Shown here in pieces: positions 1 to 12,700 of a DNA stretch of 64,000 bases. The stretch is from NCBI GenBank assembly GCA_010909165.1, contig VJWM01000238.1, positions 124,001 through 188,000 on the forward strand, in the 5' to 3' direction. The translations under genes were made by a program, and so were the position numbers. The notes beneath the pieces were generated by a model, which was not told where the DNA came from, searched no databases, and saw only the letters and a list, made by a program, of their open reading frames with translations. The stretch is from Anthoceros angustus (taxonomy: Eukaryota > Plantae > Anthocerotophyta). Position 1 is the stretch's first letter, and every line of letters begins with the position of its first letter.

Positions 1-556
1 AAAATGGTTGTGATAGGGGAGGTCCTTCTCACAGTCATGATGGAGGAGGAGAAGTGAAAGAGTATAAAAAGGGTGTGATAAGGGGCAATAACTAGCAGGT
101 GAGGTGAGAGGAGAGAGACCAAGCATTGTGTTAAGATGGGGTGAGAAGGTGGATAAGAAATTGACACCACAACACCAAGCCACCAAAGAGTGTTGCAATT
201 TTGAAGTGGTACATGAAGTGAGAGACCAAGCATTGTGTTAGGATGGTGGAGAAGGAAGAGAAAAATGGACCAACTTAACACCAAGCCATCAAAACATGTT
301 GCAAGTTGGAAGTGTTACATAAAATTGCAACACACGTAATAAGGCGGTGGGGAAATTATTAATAATGCTTGTGAGAGAGGGTGTACCGGAAGGGTGAGGT
401 GGGGAAGAGAGAGTGCAGTTCGTGTTAAGATGGCTGTACCAAACGGGGACAGAACTAACAAACTTAATACCAAGCCTCCAAAATATGTTGCAATGTGGAA
501 GTGTAACAAAAAATTGCAACATCGACTGTAACATGGGGTGCCCTTTTCTAGTAGGG
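1..556. repeat. Dispersed repeat with internal ~110-190 bp subrepeats; inverted copy at ~35425-36018
   Basis: The reverse complement of 1-556 aligns by eye with 35425-36018. Both begin CCCTACTAGAAAAGG..CCCATGTTACAGTCG..GTTGCAATTTT..GTTACACTTCCA. Confidence 0.8.
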
Positions 557-561
557 CAAGT

Positions 562-1003
562 TCAGCATAGCCCTTCCTTAGATGGTCCTTGCTGAAAGTA
601 GAGGGTAGATAGAGAACCATAGAAAGAGTGGATGAAAGGAATAAGACTTGTCAGGTGCCCGCCTGCATTCTTGAGCTCTGTAAAAATTGCCATCCTAGAG
701 ACCGTGTTGAAAGTGCTCTCGACGTCCACTTGCAGGGCGACCCAATCTTGATGTGACTCTAGAACCGCCGCGATACTTAATGCAGCCGACTCACAACCCC
801 TCGGAGTGGCAATCCCAAATTGATGGGGGCAAAGATGTGCACAGTGCTCTCGGCGTCCACTTGCGGCGACCAATCTTGATGTGACTCTAGAACCGCCGCG
901 ATACTTAATGCAGCCGACTCACAACCCCTCGGAGTGGCAATCCCAAATTGATGGGGGCAAAGATGTGCCTGGAACTGCTCTCGAAGTTGGATAGCAATGC
1001 TGC
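562..1003 (-). mobile_element. CRE-type non-LTR retrotransposon RT fragment (downstream half), with a ~130-bp tandem duplication
   Basis: SIAIQLREQFQAHLCPHQFGIATPRGCE..LQVDVESTFNTVSR matches the QFG..GCE / D..NAFN.VSR RT motifs of CRE-like elements. Confidence 0.7.
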
Positions 1004-4000
1004 TCCTCCAGAATCGCCTCCGCATAATAGGGGGCCAATCCCCATACTCGGGCGCAGTGGAAGAAGGCCCTGATCCCTCCTATTTCCACACGCACATGGA
1101 CAGTGAGGTTAAGCACGCGTTCCCCATTCACATATGGACCATGGACGTAAGTTTCCTCATCCATGTGACACAACATAATAGGACCCCCTGCTGTAGCTGA
1201 GGTGCTTACCCCCTCCTCCCGTGGGCTACCCCTGGTTGCCTGATCCGTGGCCTCGCGAGATGCTACGTTGCGTCGAGTTGCGCCGCTCATGGCCGCTTCC
1301 GAGTTGGGCTCCCCGATGTTGGTAGCCGTTTCCGCTACCGCGGTAGTGGACTCCACGGCTGCTGAACTCTGGCGGTGTTTGCTACCTCGGTTGCTCCTTC
1401 CTTTCCTTCGGTAGTCCCTTCCACTACCCCGTCGTGGACCTGCTACTTCGCTTCCCTTTCCCCTTCTCCTTCCTGACTCGGCCACGTGCCTCGTCCCGCT
1501 CTCGCTTGTACCGGTCCGCCAACTTATGGGCCTTCTCCACAGAGGCTCCCTCTTGCTCTTGGGCTCGAAACAATTCCCCCTGCATTTCTTGATTCGCCAC
1601 GTGGGCATCCTTGATCTGGGCCATGAGCGCTTCCTGCTGACTCGTCATGGACTACAGCTCCTCCTGGGCCCTGCGCAAATCCTTCTGAATTTTTACCCTC
1701 GTCTCCTCCAGGGTCCTCTTATCTTCCTCCAGCTGCTTTCGCTTAGCCTTCTCCTCCTCAAATCGGGCCCTCACCACTTCCTCTCGACGCCCTTGCACGC
1801 TGAGCCATGTGAGGGCCAACGCAGCTTGGTCCAACAAGTCTGACTGGGCTCGGATCATAGATGTGGTTAGCTCCTGCAAATCCACCTGTTGAGGAGGCCC
1901 CGCTCTGGACGCCATTCTCCTGTCGAGCACCTTTCTTCCCAGTAGGGTGCGCACTCTAACCAATTCCGCCTCGTCGACCTCTGTTGCCAATGGAGTTCCC
2001 TGGAAAATCTCTTCCCATCCCGAGGAGGGGTCCGCTGCTGAGGTCAACCCTAATCCTTCCGGGGTCGGTTCGTCATCTGCATCCAGGTCAGCAAAGTTTT
2101 CTTCCTCGGATCGTGCCTCCTCCTCCGCCGAATCAATCTGCCGTTTGGCCCTCATTTTCTTGGTTTTCTCCTGCAACGCGGCGCCCGCCTTCGACCTGGT
2201 GACTCGCGTCCACCTTCGCCTTCTTCGTTGAGCCACGCCTGCCTCTCCCGGCTTTTCTCTTCTTGCTGGTGGCAATCTCCTTTTCCTCCTCGAATCGCCT
2301 CCGCATAATAGGGGCCAATCCCCATACTCGGTAGCAGTGGAAGAAGGCCCGATCCTCCTATTTCCACGCACATGGGACGGTGAGGTTAAGCACGTTCCCC
2401 ATTCACATATGGACCATGGACGTAAGTTTCCTCATCCATGTGACACAACATAATAGGACCCCCTGCTGTAGCTGAGGTGCTTACCCCCTCCTCCCGTGGG
2501 CTACCCCTGGTTGCCTGATCCGTGGCCTCGCGAGATGCTACGTTGCGTCGAGTTGCGCCGCTCATGGCCGCCTGCAGTTGGGCTCCCGATGTTGGTAGCC
2601 GTTCATACGCTGATGATGGACTCCACGACCGTCGAGCAACTCTGGTGTTTGCCACCTCGGTTGCTCCTTCCTTTTCCTTGTAGTCCCTTCCACTACCCCG
2701 TCGTGGACCTCGCTACTTCCTTTCCCCTTCTCCTTCGACTCGCCACGTGCCTCGTCCGCTCTCGCTTGTACCCCACCGCCAACTTATGGGCCTTCCACAG
2801 AGGCTCCCTCTTGCTCTTGGGCTCAAACAATTCCCCGCATTTCTTGATTCGCCCGTGGGCATCCTTGATCCGGGCCATGGCGCTTCCTGGCGACTCGTCA
2901 TGGACTACTGACTCCTCCCGGGCCCCCAAATCCTTAATTTTTACCCCTCGTCTCCGGGTCCTCTTATCTTCCTCCATTGCCGCTTAGCCTTCTCCTCCTC
3001 AAATCGGGCCTCACCACTTCCTCTCGACGCCCTTGCAGAGCCATGTGAGGGCCAGCAGGTCCAACAAGTCCGACTGGGCTCGGATCATAGATGTGGTTAG
3101 CTGCAAATCCACTGTTGAGGAGGCCCCGCCTGACGCCATTCTCCCGTCGAGCACCTTTCTTGTGGGTGCGCACTAACCAATTCCGCCTCGTCTCATTGCC
3201 AATGGAGTTCTGGAAAATCTCTTCCCATCCCGAGGAGGGTCCGCCGAGGTCAACCTAATCCTTCCGGTCGGTTCGTCATCCGCATCCAGTCGAAAGTTTT
3301 CTTCCTCGGATCGTGCCTCCTCCTCCGCCGAATCAATCTGCCGTTTGGCCCTCATTTTCTTCACTGCGCATGCTGGCACACACAGTGACTCGCGTCCACC
3401 TTCGCCTGAGCCACGCGCCTCCCGGCTTTTCTCTTCTTGCTGGTGGCAATCTCCTTTTCCTCCTCTGAACTGCCCGTTGCCCCGGACTCCCAACTGTCAG
3501 ATTCCTCCTCTATTTCCTCCTTGGGCTCCTCCGCTTTCCACTTCACCTCCCTAACCGGCTTCCACATGTGAAGGGAGGCCACAATTTCCACCTCCGGCAG
3601 ACAGTTAGCGTGCGCATACAGGTGAACCAAAAATGGCGTAATTAGAGAAGGACGAGGAGAAGAGGAGATCAAATTCAACCCCTCTTCTTGACGGTCAGAG
3701 AATTCGCCCCAATCGATCCTCGCCCCTTGACAACTTCATGGAAGCAATGACAAATGGTCGACAAATAGTCACGCTTCTTGTCTTTGTGAAACAGAGGAGC
3801 CACTGGCGGACCCATCGGTTGTCGATACCAATTCAGGTCAACCACCATTGGCTCCCACGCCTGCCTTGACCAAGGAGGCTGCTGCCGCTGCTGTGCTAAT
3901 TTTCCAAGAAGGCTCGATTACCAAGCCACCTGCTTCCTCCTTGTTACGCTCATACACTTTCCTGACCAATTCCAGGTCCCAATCCTGAGGCTTCGCTCTA

Positions 4001-4486
4001 ATTCCCTCGGCTGCTTGTCCTTCAGATGGCGAGCGCACTCCTGTACCAGTCCCAAGTTCGCATAATTCCACCGCTTCTCCATGAAGCCAAGACCCAACTC
4101 CTTCACCAATTCCCCAGCTTGGACCTTCCAATGGTCCATGTTTGGCCATTGGGCTCCCGACCACGCCCGCCTTGACCAAGGAGCTGCCCTTCAATTTTCC
4201 AAGAAGGCTCGATTACCAAGCCACCTGCTTCCTCCTTGCTACGCTCATACACTTTCCTGACCAATTCCAGGTCCCAATCCCGAGGCTTCGCTCTAATTCC
4301 CTCGCCTGGCTGCTTGTCCTTCAGATGGCGAGCGCACTCCTGTACCAGTCCCAAGTTCGCATAATTCCACCGCTTCTCCATGAAGCCAAGACCCAACTCC
4401 TTCACCAATTCCCCAGCTTGGACCTTCCAATGGTCCATGTTTGGCCATTGGGCGGTCACAATTTCAGCTGCGGCCTTGGGCGCCAT
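1004..4486 (-). pseudogene. Degenerate long accessory ORF (N-terminal domain plus C-terminal coiled coil), probably from a Gypsy element; contains two tandem duplications
   Basis: Starts MAPKAAAE at 4486. Segments: FMEKRWNYANLGLVQEC, LITPFLVHLYAH, and coiled coil RFEEEKAKRKQLEEDKRTLEETRVKIQKDLRRAQEEL. Similar to the ORF at 48100-50445. Confidence 0.55.
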
Positions 4487-4799
4487 GCCTCTGCAGCAAC
4501 CTCCCTTGCCTCGCGCCTCGAATCGGTGATGCCTCGCCTCAAAATTCCTGGCGGGATCAGTCTCCCAAGGTTCCTACCTCCTCAGCAATCCGCGCCGCCG
4601 CCAATAGAGTCGTCCTCTTCACACACGGCGCGCCTCGGGCGGTGGTTCGCCCTCCTCGCGATTGCGCCTCCCGGCGGATCGCGGTACTCTCCAGCAGCCT
4701 CGACGCGTCCTCGCCCACCCGCTGCGCTCCACCGTTTGAACTTGCTTCTGTCATTTTTCTGGTCCCCTTAGGGTTACGTGCCCTGGCTCCCCTACCACT

Positions 4800-5346
4800 G
4801 ATCAGCCTCCACGACTACTTCTCCTTCGACGACCGCTCCGCCAAGGTAGATCGGGTCTGTCAGGACCCCGCCAAGGCGCGGCTCAAGAGGTGTTTCTTGC
4901 TAGGCTGTGCCGGGGAATACGCTAGGGCTGCCCGAGCACTTCGCCCAGAGCTGGTGGCGCCAGCCTATGAGGACATCATCTTTGTGCTTCGTGCCCTTCA
5001 TCCGGCCCCATATGACTTCATTCCATAGGATATCCTGGATCACGTATCGGAGGAGTCTTTTTGTCTCGACAAGGCGGTCTTCGATAGGGCTCTTACCACT
5101 GCCCTGCGGCTTTCTTTGGGTGCTCTGTCTCGGACAATCTACGATCACCTTTGGGATTACTTTGCTCCCGAGGATCCTTCTAGCGGTTTCTCAGAGCTCT
5201 TCAGTCTGGCGACGGCAGTGGCCAGGGGTGAAACTCCGCATTAGATCTCTCGGGTGTTGGGGCTAACAGGTTAATGGCTATGGAGAAGCCCTCACCTAGG
5301 GTGTGCCCTATCACCGTCGGGGAGGCATTCTTATGCCTCATAGGTC
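4800..5346 (+). mobile_element. CRE-type non-LTR retrotransposon fragment (upstream half of the RT region)
   Basis: ARLKRCFLLGCAGEYARAARAL..LRALHP, then EKPSPRVCPITVGEAF (the KP.GG.RPI.VGE motif preceding RT). Confidence 0.65.
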
Positions 5347-5549
5347 TCCAGGGTTCTCCAAGAATTGTGAGCAGGAACTGACTTCAAAAGATATATCTGG
5401 TCTCGTAAAATTGCATAAATATATTAGAAGTCCAGGCATGGGTGGACGAAGAGCCTGTAATAATCCTCAGCAATAGGCGACAGGCTGGAGATGAGGGAGC
5501 TCAAGGGCAGGAGATATCTCCGATTAGGATATCCACCAGCGATAGTGAG

Positions 5550-5722
5550 TGTTGGATATATAACCAGCAGGGGTTAATATGATGACCTAGTTATTTAGGG
5601 TTACGAGACTTTATTTTGTATATAATACTTTTGCCCTTTGTTGAATACACATCGCCTTTGTTTATTGCTCGCTTACCTTTGCATGCTCACTTGCTTAGCT
5701 AGATGCAAGAGGTATTTGCACA
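5550..5722 (+). repeat. 5' LTR of Copia A (173 bp)
   Basis: TGTTGGATAT...TTTGCACA, followed by a tRNA-iMet-like PBS. Confidence 0.95.
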
Positions 5723-5768
5723 TGGTACCATAGCCCCGTGATGGTATCTGACTCCTTTGTATCTTGCA

Positions 5769-6452
5769 ATGCCACGTGGTCGTGGAGAACGTGTTTTTTC
5801 GCGTGGTGAATTTCCTTCACGGCACCAGCGCGAATCACACATTTCCCCACCCACTCCCAAATTGCCATGGACCAATGAGACACTCGATAATTATCGAGTT
5901 TTGATACGACGGTTTTGGAAGAGGCAATTGCAAGAACAAAGAAGGCTCCACAATTTGAAACGGGAGCAAAGAACAGATAAACATCATGAAATTGAGGCTT
6001 GTAGAAGCCGTTCCAAACAAGTGACCCAAAATCAGAAATTGAAGAAACCACCTATATATCAGCATATAGATAATAAGCAATTGCGGTCTAATTTGGAGTT
6101 TCTTGATGATGCTATTGCAGAAGATTCTGATTCTGAATATCCTGATTATGAATATATTTATTCTGTGGTGGAATTTCATTGTAATCGTATTGAGATACGT
6201 GTAGCTCAATTGCGTGCAAGACAGGATACTTTTCTAGAGGTTATGCATGAACAGGAGAAGCGCCTGCTACATGCACTCTCTTCCTTGAAGGAAGAATATT
6301 CTGGTCATTTGCAACATATCAGCAATCAATTGTTAATTCTTCTTGGGGATTCTAATTTACCTCCCCTTGAGAAATTCAAGGCAGACTCACCATTCTTTTC
6401 AGGAGAATCTAAATCTTTGGGGCATGATTGCCCGCCCATCGCGATCTTGTGA
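5769..6452 (+). CDS. Extra ORF of unknown function between PBS and gag of Copia A (~227 aa, predicted helical)
   Basis: Uninterrupted ORF from ATG 5769 (MPRGRGERVF...) to stop 6452, inside the LTR-bounded element and upstream of gag. Confidence 0.6.
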   Translation: MPRGRGERVFSRGEFPSRHQRESHISPPTPKLPWTNETLDNYRVLIRRFWKRQLQEQRRLHNLKREQRTDKHHEIEACRSRSKQVTQNQKLKKPPIYQHIDNKQLRSNLEFLDDAIAEDSDSEYPDYEYIYSVVEFHCNRIEIRVAQLRARQDTFLEVMHEQEKRLLHALSSLKEEYSGHLQHISNQLLILLGDSNLPPLEKFKADSPFFSGESKSLGHDCPPIAIL

Positions 6453-6796
6453 TCGGGTTCTGAGGAGAGGAGAGCGATTAGGGATTGCTACCGGATTGCT
6501 CCAGCTTTGGATAGCAGATATGAAGAGACAGCTAGGGTTACCTGAACTCTGTGACCTGTAGTTTAGCTTCACGTTCTGCTGAATCCCAACTGCTTCCTCC
6601 CCTTGTAACCCTAACTTGTAGTTTTCTTAGGTCTTTTGTTTCACATTTTACCCTTAGCAGTTAGACAGTTATTGTGCCCCTTGGCATCTTCAGCTGATCT
6701 TTTCTAAGTCCCCTGGCCACATCCTGTTGTCCCAGATTTCTTCGTGTCGATTAGCTTAGTTCCCGTCTTTCCTGCACATCTTGCAAACACACAGAC

Positions 6797-9700
6797 ATGA
6801 CAACTCCTACCTTCACATCTGATATTAAGGACAAAGACAGGTTTAATGGCACTAGGTTTGACATATGGAGTGTGAGGATGAAGTCAACCTTACTTGCCCG
6901 TGGAGTCTGGAACGTTATTGATGGTTCAAATCCGGATCGGGCACTCCTTCTAATCCTATGGCGGTGCTACCGTCAGTACGAGAAGGAGAAATGGGATCGG
7001 TTGAACAGATTCTTTGCCTTGGCGATCCATGGGCTTGAATCGATCTTGTTCACGGTAGAGTTTCTCACCAATGCCAAAGCAATATGGGATCACCATCTGG
7101 AACTTACAAAGTTGAGACAATGATGAGCTTATGCGCGATTAGGCAGCAATTCTATACCTTGCGCATGAAGGAAGGAGATTACATTGCGGCATTCACCAGC
7201 CGATTTAGGCATTTGCGTGCCCAGATGGCTGCTCTTGGCACAACCATGCAAGAGGTGGATGCGGTTGCTCAGCTTCTCACCAGCCTGCCTCCCAGTTACC
7301 AAACATTTGTCACTACACAGAACTGTCCCATTCGAGCTGCTGGCCAGAACGTCAAGCTCATAGATGTTATTGGGGCTCTTTATCAAGAGGAGATGAGCCG
7401 CCAGATGTCATCAAGGGGACAGCGCACTAAATCTGACAAAGTATTTTCAGCGACAAGAGGTCGCTTCAACACTAGAGGCAGAGGGAGAGGCCAACCACTT
7501 GCTCAGCGCAATGTTACCTACCCTCCTACCTCAAAGAGACAAGGTAACTGTAACTGGTGTGGATCTCCTGGGCATTGGGCCAGAGAGTGCAGAAAGAAGA
7601 AAGCCGGGGAGCCTCAGCGGGCAACACCTCGACCTGCAGCTGCACACACCACATCACAATCAAAAGATAAGGTTTCGGAACCTCAGCCTATTAAGCCAGT
7701 AGTGAAAATCTTCACAGTTTGCTTGAACACTCAAACGAGTGATGTAGATAGTTGGTACCTTGATAGTGGTGCCACAGCTCACATTTGTCGTGATGAATTC
7801 CTTTTCACTAGCTTGACTCTTACCACTGTTTCTGACAAAGTGTATTTAGGCGATGAATCTAGTTCCAGTAGTCTGCATATACATGGCAAAGGAGTCTGTA
7901 AGTTCCCACTCCATGATGATACTATTTTAGTCCTCCCTGATGTTCTCTATGTGCCCAAGATGGCCAAAAATTTATTGTCACTCAGTAGGATAATGAAAAT
8001 GCAAGACCTGGTACTTACAGTTTCCGAAACCACATGTTGCTTTTCTCATCGCAACTCTCCCTCTCGCTGTATTTTCAAAGTTGTCTTAGACTCAGAGTTA
8101 TATCGTCTGGATATCTCCTGTATCCGTCGTGAACAAGTCAACTCCACCACTGTTGGTCATTTAACAACAGCCCAACAGGCCAGACTTTGGCATGCCCGTC
8201 TTGGGCATGCAAATCGATCTAAACTTGTTGATCTTTCTAAGCAGGACTGTTACAGGGAACCTCTTCCTCGTTGCTTTAAAGACCTGCCCATATGTGAAGT
8301 CTGTGCCTTAGCAAAACAGCGGGAGACCCCCTTCCCGACAGTTCCTGCATTTCGATCCATAGCTGTACTGGAGTTAGTACATGCCGACATCAGCGGGAGA
8401 CTTCAGGAACGATCTCTTGGTGGAGCACAATATTATTTTACCCTCACTGACGATTACAGCAGATATACTTGGACCTATCCTATGGAGCATAAGAGCGATA
8501 CCTTCCTTTGTTTCAAGATCGTTGCTTGTAGTTCAAAGACAAAGCGCCACAAGTTAAAAATGTTCCATAGATAATGGTGGAGAATTTACGAGCTTTGCCT
8601 TTGAGCACTTCACAGGCGAAGGCATTATCCATCGACTTATAGTCCCATATACGCAATGAGAATGGTGTTGGAAAGAAAGAATCGACGATGAGTATGGCGA
8701 GATCCATGCTCCTATGGTCCGGATTACCTCCTCCTTGGGCCGGGCGTGGTTCGCTACCTACATATTGAATCGCCTTACCTCTCACTCTGTTCCTGGTGGC
8801 ACACCCTTCCAACTCTTTTGGAATCGCAAACCAAGTATTCTGCATCTACGCATTTTTGGTTCTCGAGCCTTCGCCTATGTGCCTGCAGAGAAGAGACGTA
8901 AGCTTGACAATCGTTCCAGAGGGTTGATTTTTGTAGGCTACAGTGAAGTGACTAAAGCCTATAAGCTCCTCGACATACAAACCATGCAGCCAGTGGTAGC
9001 TCGGAGTGTTACTTTTATTGAGAATTTGACTCCTTCATCATCCGATGCTTCTCTTCTACGGTGTTGTGGAGGATCCTACCCACCTTTGTACGAGAATATG
9101 ATTATCCGGATGATCGATGGTGAGCCCGATGCGTGTATTGATCTTCAACCCGACACTAATCTGTTCCTCCGATTGATCGCCTCCGCCATTAGCCCTTGCC
9201 CCACCGGTCCACGATCCTCCAGCACGATCCACAAGATGACGGATCTACCATAGGTCCTGCTCCAGCCCAAACTACCATTCGATATTTGAACACGACAGCG
9301 TTCTTCTCAAACTTTCTGTTAATGAGGTGACCTTTCACCGCTCTTCAACTTGTCCGCAGCCAATGTCCAGCACATTGTGGGCCTACGTGAGCATCGTCCT
9401 CCCTCTCGTGGACAGAGCCCCGTTATACATCCATTGACTTAGGTGAGTGTATACTGCACACCTTGTCCATCATGTTCCCTTTGTCATCCCTCCCGAGCTG
9501 TCACTCAAGGAAGCCTTTACAGGGCCAGATAGAGACAAATGGAAACATGCTGTAGACGATGAATTTAACAGCCTCATTCAGAATGGTACCTGGAAACTTG
9601 TCCCTCGTCCACAAGGCCGCAAACCTATAACCTGTAAATGGGTATTTAAACATAAGTTAGATTCCGATGGCAACATAGCACGATATAAAGCAAGACTCTG

Positions 9701-12700
9701 TGCACGTGGGTTCACACAAGTACCTGGTCTGGATTTCCAAGAGACTTTTTCTCCGGTGGTACGCTCCCAATCTATCCGCCTTATGCTTGCTTTAGCTGCT
9801 GAACGTGATTTAGAGTTGCAGCAAATGGACGTGAAAACTGCATTCTTGCACGGGATTCTGGAGGAAGAACTGTATATGGAACAGCCCGAAGGATACGAAG
9901 ACCCTGAACATCCAGAATATGTATGTCAGCTTATCAAGTGTATATATGGTCTCAAACAAAGCGCAGAGCGCTGGAATGCAAGGTTGGATATCTGTCTGAA
10001 AGGCCTTGGCTTTTACCAGAGCCCTGCTGATCCTTCGGTTTATATCTATGATGATGGCACCTCCTATGTTATCCTTGTTTATGTTGACGCAATTTTTGCC
10101 AATGACACTCATCCGTTAGCAAGAGTACAAGACATGCTACGTGGAATTTGACATGGTGATGTCGGGAATTGAAGTTTTGCCTTGGTATTCAAGTGTTGAG
10201 GATACGTGCGAGGGTATGATAATTATTCATCGTAAGTACATCTCTCGAGATCCTTCGCGTTTCAACATGGACAAAGCACATCCCGCCAATACACCGGTGC
10301 AAGTGGAGTGAAACTTACCAAGGCGGACAGCCACATTTACGACCTTGATATTGAAGACATGAGGATGTTCCCTATCGGCATGCGATCGGCGGTTGTTGTT
10401 TGTGAGCAACTGGACCCGACCAGATGTCACATATCTATACCACGACCTCCCGGAATGTCCCGCCGTAATCATTGGATCGCAATCAAACGAGTCTTCGTTA
10501 TCCAAGGAACACATCATTATGGCTTATGCTACAAGAGGACAGAGTAGTACCTACCTTTATTTCGATCCATAGCCGGAGTTAGTACATGCCGACATGGGAG
10601 ACTTGAACGATCTCAGTGGAGCACAATATTATTTTACCCTCACGATTAGATATACTTGGACCTATCCTATGGAGCATACCTTCCTTGTTTCAAGGCGGTT
10701 GCTTGTAGTTCAAAGACAACCGCCACAAGTTAAAAATGTTCCGCACCGATAATGGTGGAGAATTTACGAGCTTTGCCTTTCCCCGGAGACATTATCCATC
10801 GACTTATAGTCCCATATACGCAATGAGAATGGTGTTGGAAAGAAAGAATCGACGATGAGTATGGCGACGAGATCCATGCTCCTATGGTCCGGATTACCTC
10901 CTCCTTACCGGGCCGAAGCTGTGGTTACTGCTACCTACATATTGAATCGCCTTACTTCTCACTCTGTTCCTGGTGGCACACCCTTCCAACTCTTTTGGAA
11001 TCGCAAACCAAGTATTCTCGCAGATCTGCGCATTTTTGGTTCTCGAGCCTATGTGCCCGCAGAGAAGAGACGTAAGCTTGACAATCGCTCCAGAGGGTTG
11101 ATTTTTGTAGGCTACATGGAAGTGACTAAAGCCTATAAGCTCCTCGACATACAAACCATGCACGGTGGTAGCTCGAGTGTTACTTTTATTGAGAATTTGA
11201 CTCCTTCATCATCGATGCTTCTCTTCTACGGTGTTGTGGAGGATCCTACCATTGATCGAGAATGACGATTATCCGATGATGCCGATGGTGAGCCCGATGC
11301 GTGTATTGATCTTCAACCCGACACTAATCTGGCTGTTCCTCCAGTTGATCAGCTCCGCCATTAGCCCTTGCCCCACCAGCAGTCCCTGATCCTCCAGCAG
11401 ACGATCCACAAGATGACGGATCTACCATAGGTCCTGTTCCAGGCCCAAACTACCATTCAGATATTTCAGAACCTGAACTTGACAGTTCTTCTCAAACTTC
11501 TGACTCTGTTAATGAGGCTGACCTTTCACCTGCTCTTCAACTTGTCCCAGCAGCCAATGTTCCTGAGCCTGTTCGTCGGTCTACACGTGAGCATCGTCCT
11601 CCCTCTCTGTGGACAGAGCCCCGTTATACATCCATTGACAGAAGTGAGTGTCTGCATACACCTTGTCCATCATGTTCCCTTTGTCATCCCTTGAGCTGTA
11701 CACTCAAGGAAGCCTTTACAGGGGCGAGAGACAAATGGAAACATGTCAGACGGCGAATTTAATGACCTCATTCGAATGGTACTGAAACTTGTCCCGCCCA
11801 TGCCGCAAACCTATAACTAAATGGGTATTTAAACATAAGTTAGATTCCGATGGCAACATAGCACGCTATAAAGCAAGACTCATGCGTGGTTCACACAAGT
11901 ACACAGTCCGGATTTCCAAGAGACTTTTCTCCGGTGGTACGCTCCCAATCTATCCGCCTTATGCTTGCTTTAGCCAACGTGATTTAGAGTTGCAGCAAAT
12001 GGACGGAAACGCGCATTGCACGGGATTACGGAGGAAGAGTATATGGAGCAAGGATACGAAGACCACGAACATCCGAATATGTATGTCACTTATCAAGTGT
12101 ATATATGGTCTCAAACAAAGCGCAGAGTTACTGGAATGCAAGGTTGGATATCTGTCTGAAAGGCCTTGGTTTTTACCAGAGCCCTGCTGATCCTTCGGTT
12201 TATATCTATGATGATGGCACCTCCTATGTTATCCTTGCTGTTTATGTTGATGACGCAATTTTTGCTGCCAATGACACTCATCTGTTAGCAAGAGTACAAG
12301 ATATGCTACGTGCGGAATTTGACATGACTGATGTCGGGGAATTGAAATTTTGCCTTGGTATTCAAGTGTTGAGGATACGTGCAGAGGGTATGATAATTAT
12401 TCATCAGCGTAAGTACATCTCTGAGATCCTTCAGCGTTTCAACATGGACAAAGCACATCCCGCCAATACACCGGTGCAAGTGGAGTGAAACTTACCAAGG
12501 CGGACAGCCACATTTACGACCTTGATATTGAAGACATGAGGATGTTCCCTATCGGCATGCGATCGGCGGTTGTTGTTTGTGAGCAACTGGACCCGACCAG
12601 ATGTCACATATCTATACCACGACCTCCCGGAATGTCCCGCCGTAATCATTGGATCGCAATCAAACGAGTCTTCGTTATCCAAGGAACACATCATTATGGC

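Noticed and set aside
1004-1011. GGATCC/GATC site at the restored inversion junction as a Hi-C restriction artefact
   Set aside because: It is present at only one of the two restored junctions, so it is likely chance.
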